64,000 bases of DNA from Candidatus Planktophila sp. Lineage in GTDB: Bacteria; Actinomycetota; Actinomycetes; Nanopelagicales; Nanopelagicaceae. How positions within the stretch are numbered: position 1 is the stretch's first letter; each line of letters starts with the position of its first letter. The notes beneath the pieces were generated by a model. It was not told the origin of the DNA and did not search any database. It saw nothing but the letters and a program-made list of their open reading frames with translations. The position numbers were made by a program, and so were the translations under genes. Positions 57,967-64,000 of this stretch are shown piece after piece. The stretch lies in the NCBI GenBank assembly GCA_044341805.1, contig JBIIQY010000001.1:25874-89873 (forward strand). The letters are read 5' to 3'.

Positions 57967-60468
57967 TTAAGCGGTTGGTGCTTCAGCGAGATCTTCAGGA
58001 GTATCAGGCAGAGTTGCCTTAGGTGCTCCCTTGAAAGTAAAGGTCGCTTCCGCGCCAATGCCCTCAACATCTACAACGATGATCTCGCCTGGCTTTAGTT
58101 CACCAAACAAAATGCGCTCTGACAATCCATCTTCGATCTCGCGCTGAATTACACGACGCAATGGACGTGCGCCTAGCAATGGATCGTAACCACGCTCTGC
58201 AAGAAGATCCTTCGCAGCTGGGGTGAGCTCGATGCCCATGTCCTTTGCATGCAAACGATCATCAAGGTTCTTAAGCATCAAATCAACGATCTGAATGATT
58301 TGTGGCTTAGTCAACTGGTGGAACACGATGATGTCATCGATACGGTTGAGGAATTCAGGACGGAAGTGTGACTTAAGTTCGTCGCCAACCTTGGCCTTCA
58401 TGCGCTCGTAATTAGTTAGGTCATCATCGCTATTAGCAAAGCCAAGCCCGAGTGACTTAGAGATGTCACGAGTACCAAGGTTTGTTGTCATGATGATGAC
58501 GGTGTTCTTGAAATCTACTTTTCGCCCCTGCGAATCAGTTAAGTGACCTTCTTCAAGTACTTGTAGAAGTGAGTTGAAGATATCTGGGTGCGCCTTTTCA
58601 ATTTCATCGAAGAGAACAACTGAGAATGGACGGCGACGTACCTTTTCAGTGAGCTGTCCGCCCTCGTCATATCCGACATACCCCGGAGGTGCACCAAACA
58701 AACGAGATGCGGTGTGACGCTCTGAGTATTCAGACATATCAAGTTGAATCAATGCGTCTTGATCACCAAACAAGAATGAAGCAAGTGTGCGAGAAAGTTC
58801 GGTCTTACCAACACCTGAAGGACCAGCGAAGATAAATGATCCGCCTGGACGACGTGGATCCTTTAGACCTGCGCGAGTACGACGAATTGCTTGTGACAAC
58901 GCCTTGATCGCTTGATCCTGTCCGATAACACGATTGTGCAGTTCATCCTCCATGCGAAGCAAACGAGCAGTCTCTTCTTCTGTCAGTTTGAATACTGGAA
59001 TTCCAGTTGACAGTGAAAGCACCTGTGCGATGAGTTCTTCATCAACTTCGGTGACCTTATCTAGATCTGTTGCTTTCCAATTCTTTTCAGCCTCATGCTT
59101 TTCGGCGATCAAGTTCTTTTCCTTATCGCGAAGCGTTGCAGCTAATTCAAAATCCTGACCATCGATTGCAGACTCTTTTTCTTTACGAGCACTTGCGATC
59201 TTGTCATCAAATTCGCGAAGTTCAGCCGGTGCTGTCATGCGCTTAATGCGAAGTCGTGATCCCGCTTCATCAATGAGGTCGATCGCCTTGTCTGGCAAGA
59301 AACGATCTGAAACATAGCGATCAGCCATATTTGCAGCCGCTGCGAGCGCACCATCAGTAATTGATACACGGTGGTGAGTTTCGTAGCGATCGCGAAGACC
59401 CTTCAAAATTTCAATGGTGTGAGCAACTGATGGCTCCTTCACCTGAATTGGCTGGAAACGGCGCTCTAGCGCTGCATCCTTTTCGACATGCTTGCGGTAC
59501 TCATCAAGAGTTGTTGCACCAATTGTCTGTAGCTCACCGCGGGCAAGCATTGGCTTCAGGATGCTTGCGGCATCAATTGCACCTTCTGCAGCTCCTGCGC
59601 CTACAAGTGTGTGAATTTCATCGATGAAAAGAATGATGTCGCCGCGAGTTTTGATTTCTTTCAGAACCTTCTTTAGGCGCTCTTCGAAATCTCCACGGTA
59701 ACGACTTCCTGCAACAAGTGCACCCAAATCAAGTGAGTACAACTGCTTATCCTTCAAAGTTTCTGGAACATCATTCTTGTAAATTGCTTGTGCAAGGCCT
59801 TCAACAACCGCGGTCTTACCAACACCTGGTTCTCCGATTAGAACTGGGTTGTTTTTTGTACGACGTGAAAGAACCTGCATCACGCGCTCGATTTCATTCT
59901 CGCGACCAATGACTGGATCTAGCTTTCCTTCACGTGCTGCTTGTGTCAGATTGCGACCAAATTGATCAAGTACTAAAGATGTAGATGGAGTTCCTTCTGC
60001 TGGTCCACCAGTTTGTACAGCTTCTTTTCCTTGGTAACCAGAAAGAAGTTGGATAACTTGTTGGCGAACACGATTTAGATCTGCACCAAGCTTTACGAGA
60101 ACTTGTGCAGCAACGCCTTCACCTTCGCGGATCAATCCAAGCAGGATGTGTTCGGTTCCAATGTAGTTGTGACCTAACTGCAACGCTTCGCGAAGTGAGA
60201 GTTCAAGAACTTTCTTTGCGCGCGGAGTAAATGGAATGTGACCACTTGGAGCTTGCTGACCTTGGCCAATAATTTCTTCAACTTGTGCGCGCACGCCTTC
60301 GAGTGAGATGCCAAGTGCTTCTAGACCCTTTGCAGCAACGCCTTCACCTTCGTGGATTAATCCCAGCAGAATGTGCTCGGTGCCGATGTAGTTGTGGTTG
60401 AGCATGCGTGCTTCTTCTTGGGCCAGCACGACAACGCGACGGGCTCGGTCTGTAAAGCGCTCAAACAT
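57967..60468 (-). CDS. clpC: ATP-dependent Clp protease ATP-binding subunit ClpC1
   Basis: [44 protein letters not shown]. Confidence 0.98.
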   Translation of the reverse strand: MFERFTDRARRVVVLAQEEARMLNHNYIGTEHILLGLIHEGEGVAAKGLEALGISLEGVRAQVEEIIGQGQQAPSGHIPFTPRAKKVLELSLREALQLGHNYIGTEHILLGLIREGEGVAAQVLVKLGADLNRVRQQVIQLLSGYQGKEAVQTGGPAEGTPSTSLVLDQFGRNLTQAAREGKLDPVIGRENEIERVMQVLSRRTKNNPVLIGEPGVGKTAVVEGLAQAIYKNDVPETLKDKQLYSLDLGALVAGSRYRGDFEERLKKVLKEIKTRGDIILFIDEIHTLVGAGAAEGAIDAASILKPMLARGELQTIGATTLDEYRKHVEKDAALERRFQPIQVKEPSVAHTIEILKGLRDRYETHHRVSITDGALAAAANMADRYVSDRFLPDKAIDLIDEAGSRLRIKRMTAPAELREFDDKIASARKEKESAIDGQDFELAATLRDKEKNLIAEKHEAEKNWKATDLDKVTEVDEELIAQVLSLSTGIPVFKLTEEETARLLRMEDELHNRVIGQDQAIKALSQAIRRTRAGLKDPRRPGGSFIFAGPSGVGKTELSRTLASFLFGDQDALIQLDMSEYSERHTASRLFGAPPGYVGYDEGGQLTEKVRRRPFSVVLFDEIEKAHPDIFNSLLQVLEEGHLTDSQGRKVDFKNTVIIMTTNLGTRDISKSLGLGFANSDDDLTNYERMKAKVGDELKSHFRPEFLNRIDDIIVFHQLTKPQIIQIVDLMLKNLDDRLHAKDMGIELTPAAKDLLAERGYDPLLGARPLRRVIQREIEDGLSERILFGELKPGEIIVVDVEGIGAEATFTFKGAPKATLPDTPEDLAEAPTA

Positions 60469-60603
60469 GGGCGGTGCTCCTTTGGATCGTTCTTTCGTTA
60501 AGCCTAATACCTGCGGGGCTACGCTCGCGAGGCGGAATTGCTCTGTCCCTTATAACCCCAAATGTGGCGGTGTTATGCCCGAAATCGGACTAAATCTGGG
60601 CCC

Positions 60604-61095
60604 CTATAGCTTTTTGAGCATTCGGGTATTTCCCAGGGTATTGGGCTTTACCGACTCAAGATCCAAGAATTCGGCCACACCAGCATCGTAGGAACGCAGG
60701 AGTTCCTTATAAATCTCGGGTTCAACCGGTGTTCCTTCAATTACTTCAAAACCATGGCGACCGAAAAACTTTGTTTCAAATGTTAAGCAGAAAATTCTCT
60801 TAACTCCGATGTTCTGCGCGCGCTGAATGATTGAATCCAAGATTTGATGTCCAACACCTTTGCCACGAAGTTCTTCTGAAACAGCGACGGTACGAACTTC
60901 TGCTAAATCTTCCCAAAGAACGTGTAGTGCGCCGCAACCAACAACTTTGTCACCTTCAACTGCAACTGTGAATTCTTGAACGCTTTCATACAGAGTTACT
61001 GTTTCTTTTGAAAGCAAACGACCTTGCGGTGCATAAGAATCAATTAATTGGCGAATGCCTTTAATGTCGCTGGTACGCGCTGGACGAATCTGCAT
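60604..61095 (-). CDS. argA: Amino-acid N-acetyltransferase (short ArgA)
   Basis: GCGALHVLWEDLAEVRT, FCLTFE, FLDLESVKPNTLGNTRML. Confidence 0.9.
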   Translation of the reverse strand: MQIRPARTSDIKGIRQLIDSYAPQGRLLSKETVTLYESVQEFTVAVEGDKVVGCGALHVLWEDLAEVRTVAVSEELRGKGVGHQILDSIIQRAQNIGVKRIFCLTFETKFFGRHGFEVIEGTPVEPEIYKELLRSYDAGVAEFLDLESVKPNTLGNTRMLKKL

Positions 61096-61098
61096 TGG

Positions 61099-62604
61099 TT
61101 AATCAACTTCGGGCTTAACAAGTGGGAACAAAATAGTTTCACGAATACCAAGACCAGTAAGTGCCATGAGTAAACGATCTGCACCCATTCCCATTCCGCC
61201 AGTTGGAGGCATTGCAAATTCCATGGCACGCAAGAAATCTTCATCTACTTGCATCGCTTCTAAATCACCCTTTGAACCAAGTGATGCTTGTTCTACTAAA
61301 CGATCACGTTGCACAACTGGATCAATCAGCTCTGAATAACCTGTTGCAAGTTCAAATCCATCAATATATAAATCCCATTTTTCGGCAACACCCGGAAGTT
61401 CGCGGTGTGCACGTACTAGTGGTGATGTATCAACTGGGAAGCCCATAACAAATGTAGGTTCAACCAACAAGTGACGAGCAACATGTTCGAAGATCTCTTC
61501 TGCTAGTTTTCCTGTGATCCACTTTGGATCAATCTTCATGCCTAATTTTTCGGCAATCTTCTTCAAATCTGCATACGGGGTAAGGGCTGTAACGCTCTCG
61601 CCAACACCATTAGAAATAGCGTCGTACAAGGAGATTTGCTTCCACTGGCCACCTAGATCTGCTTGGCGACCATCGTGGTGGGTAACAACATGTGAACCAG
61701 CAACTGCCATAGCTGCGTTTTGAACCAGGGTACGAGTTAGGTCAGCGATCGACATCCAGTCGCCATAAGCCATGTAACTTTCAATCATCGCAAACTCTGG
61801 TGAGTGCGAAGAATCTGCGCCTTCGTTACGGAAGTTACGGTTGATCTCAAAAACACGTTCGATTCCACCTACTACGCAGCGCTTTAGGAAAAGCTCTGGC
61901 GCAATTCGTAGGTACAGATCCATGTCATATGCGTTTGAAAACGACTTGAATGGACGAGCCGCGGCTCCACCATGCATCACCTGAAGCATGGGAGTTTCAA
62001 CTTCAATGAAGTTAGCCTTATCAAAAGTATCGCGAAGAGATTTCATAACGGTAGGTCGCAAACGTGCATTACTGCGAGCCTCTGGTCGAACAATCAAATC
62101 TACATAACGCATACGAACGCGGGTTTCTTCTGACATTGGCTTGTGATCATTTGGCAATGGTCGCAATGACTTGGATGCCAAAGTCCATGAATTAGCCAAG
62201 ATAGAAAGCTCGCCACGCTTAGATGTAATGATCTCGCCAGTAATTGAAACGATGTCACCTAAATCAATATCTGATTTCCATGAATCAAGAACTTCTTGTC
62301 CGACCTTGTCCAAAGACAACATCGCTTGAAGTTCGGTGCCATCGCCTTCGCGTAGTGTTGCAAAACAGAGTTTTCCAGTATCACGCTTGAAGATAATTCG
62401 ACCAGTTAAGGATTCGACATCACCTGTTGCTACATCGATTTCTAGGCCAACATATTTTTCGCGAATCTCTTTCAAAGATTTTGTGCGAGGAACAGAGACT
62501 GGGTATGGCTCAACGTTGCGCTCTAGTAACGATGCACGCTTTTCACGTCGAATCCGGAGCTGCTCAGGCAGATCCTCTTCAGTAGGTAAGTTCTCTGTAC
62601 TCAT
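61099..62604 (-). CDS. lysS: Lysine--tRNA ligase (class II)
   Basis: GGAAARPF, LRIAPELFLKR, FRNEG, HSPEF, MPPTGGMG. Confidence 0.97.
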   Translation of the reverse strand: MSTENLPTEEDLPEQLRIRREKRASLLERNVEPYPVSVPRTKSLKEIREKYVGLEIDVATGDVESLTGRIIFKRDTGKLCFATLREGDGTELQAMLSLDKVGQEVLDSWKSDIDLGDIVSITGEIITSKRGELSILANSWTLASKSLRPLPNDHKPMSEETRVRMRYVDLIVRPEARSNARLRPTVMKSLRDTFDKANFIEVETPMLQVMHGGAAARPFKSFSNAYDMDLYLRIAPELFLKRCVVGGIERVFEINRNFRNEGADSSHSPEFAMIESYMAYGDWMSIADLTRTLVQNAAMAVAGSHVVTHHDGRQADLGGQWKQISLYDAISNGVGESVTALTPYADLKKIAEKLGMKIDPKWITGKLAEEIFEHVARHLLVEPTFVMGFPVDTSPLVRAHRELPGVAEKWDLYIDGFELATGYSELIDPVVQRDRLVEQASLGSKGDLEAMQVDEDFLRAMEFAMPPTGGMGMGADRLLMALTGLGIRETILFPLVKPEVD

Positions 62605-62624
62605 AGGTCGTGAAGTCTACCGAC

Positions 62625-63389
62625 TCATGCATTTCGTTCGTGAATCAAACGAAGCCCAATAAGCGTTAAATCAGGCTCGTGATGGTCGATAGTTTCTGAA
62701 ACCCCGATTATCAACGGTGCTAATCCACCCGTTGCAATCACCGTTGGCTTTTCAGAATAAGACTCTAGAAGTTCAGCTGTAATTCGATCCACTAACCCAT
62801 CAACCTGGCCAGCAAATCCATAGATAGTTCCGGATTGAAGCGCTTCAACTGTGTTTTTACCAATTACATTCTTAGGCCTGATCAACTCAACTTTACGAAG
62901 TTGCGCAGCACGTGATGCCAATGCATCCACTGAAATTTCAATTCCGGGTGCAAGCGCGCCGCCAAGGAATTCACCTTTTGGTGAAACCACATCAAGGTTG
63001 GTTGAGGTTCCAAAATCTACGACGATTGCTGGGCCACCAAAGAGTGTGTGGGCCGCCAAAGTATTCACAATACGATCGGCGCCGATTTCTTTTGGATTGT
63101 CTACCAAAAGTGGGACACCTGTTTTGATTCCTGGCTCGACAATTGTTACGCGAACATCAGAGAAATAGTCCGCAATCATGGTTCGCAACTCTCGTAGTGT
63201 TGCAGGAACAGTCGAACAGACAGATAGTCCTGTTAAGTTGTATTCGTCAATTAAGGCGCGATACTGCAGCCACAGTTCATCGGCTGTGCTTCGCGGATCA
63301 GTCTTAACTCGCCACGATCTAATCATTTCCTTGTCATCAAAGATTCCAAGTACTGTATTTGTGTTTCCGACATCAACTGTTAGTAACAT
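62625..63389 (-). CDS. coaX: Type III pantothenate kinase
   Basis: DVGNTN, IGADR, VDFGT, IATGG. Confidence 0.96.
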   Translation of the reverse strand: MLLTVDVGNTNTVLGIFDDKEMIRSWRVKTDPRSTADELWLQYRALIDEYNLTGLSVCSTVPATLRELRTMIADYFSDVRVTIVEPGIKTGVPLLVDNPKEIGADRIVNTLAAHTLFGGPAIVVDFGTSTNLDVVSPKGEFLGGALAPGIEISVDALASRAAQLRKVELIRPKNVIGKNTVEALQSGTIYGFAGQVDGLVDRITAELLESYSEKPTVIATGGLAPLIIGVSETIDHHEPDLTLIGLRLIHERNA

Positions 63390-63391
63390 AG

Positions 63392-64000
63392 CTATCTCCC
63401 TACCATCGGCATATTGTCTAGTAAACGAACTCCTTCAACCCAACCAGCAATAATTGCTCTGCGGTTTTCTGTACCCTCATGGGCAGGTGAAAAATCCTTG
63501 TCATCAATAATCGTTGCGTAATCCTTATCAAAACCAGGTTCAGTTGCTAACGTTGAATTGAGTACTTCTTGAGCGATTTCTACCGTTGGGGCAAGCTTTG
63601 CTGCTGCCAGTGCACGGTGAATAACCAGCGCCGTGATTCTTCCAGCTTCACTTAACCGAACATTGCGTGAAGACAACGCCAAACCATCAAACTCGCGAAC
63701 CGTAGGTACTGCGACAATTTCTACCTTGCTCTTCATTGCTTTAATGATTGTTAGTTGTTGAAAGTCTTTTTCACCAAAGACCGCCTTATCTGGTTTGGCG
63801 ATTGCAAATAAACGATCTACAACAGTGACAACGCCATCAAAATGACCAGGACGAGATGCGCCTTCAAACTTGTTTCCTAATGGGCCAGCACTAAGCGTTT
63901 GAAATCCTTCTGGATACAAATCTTCGTACTCGGGAAACCAAACCTCATTCGCACCCGCAATTGTTGCAATTTCAATGTCGCGTTGCGGAGTTCTTGGATA
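63392..64000 (-). CDS. panC: Pantoate--beta-alanine ligase (5' part outside window)
   Basis: YPRT, SRPGHFDGV, FGEKDFQQ, DGLALSSRN, RLLDN; frame open to the window edge. Confidence 0.93.
   Translation of the reverse strand, partial: YPRTPQRDIEIATIAGANEVWFPEYEDLYPEGFQTLSAGPLGNKFEGASRPGHFDGVVTVVDRLFAIAKPDKAVFGEKDFQQLTIIKAMKSKVEIVAVPTVREFDGLALSSRNVRLSEAGRITALVIHRALAAAKLAPTVEIAQEVLNSTLATEPGFDKDYATIIDDKDFSPAHEGTENRRAIIAGWVEGVRLLDNMPMVGR

Noticed and set aside
60519-60540. Imperfect palindrome CTACGCTCGCGAGGCGGAATTG upstream of clpC as a ClgR box
   Set aside because: CGC/GCG spacing is 7 rather than the 5 of the known consensus; single instance, not supportable
1-64000. CRISPR array, rRNA or riboswitch
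   Set aside because: No regularly spaced repeats seen; intergenic spaces are almost all under 140 bp and are explained by promoters

Overview
Streamlined, low-GC actinobacterial chromosome segment. Gene order, compactness and sequence style suggest freshwater acI (Ca. Nanopelagicales / Planktophila-like); this is an inference. It has two parts. (1) Positions 1-14387 form a 12-gene accessory catabolic island that abuts the 3' end of tRNA-Tyr(GTA). It encodes an FAH-family hydrolase, two SDRs, a KDPG-aldolase-like protein, PPDK, a divergent GlpX, an acetoacetate-decarboxylase-like protein, an orphan AceE/transketolase-like ThDP enzyme, an extended SDR/epimerase, an enolase-superfamily dehydratase, an APH/MtnK-like kinase and a divergent enolase paralog with active-site substitutions. 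Four of its intergenic regions carry the same GTnnAC-n-GTWWAC-AAT operator, three of them overlapping the -35 box of 17-bp-spaced sigma70 promoters, so the island looks like one regulon for an unidentified (sugar-)acid substrate. (2) Positions 14392-64000 are core genome: tRNA-Tyr, yajQ, rarD, polyprenyl synthase, the complete nuoA-N operon, menG/F/D/C/B/E/A, system II cytochrome c maturation, a HAD hydrolase, the XPB helicase locus, two secreted proteins, bS22, proC, radA, mutY, clpC1, argA, lysS, coaX and partial panC. Many core genes have leaderless promoters, and several genes normally found at these loci (hem, menJ, disA, lsr2, panD) are absent. I saw no CRISPR array, integrase or transposase.
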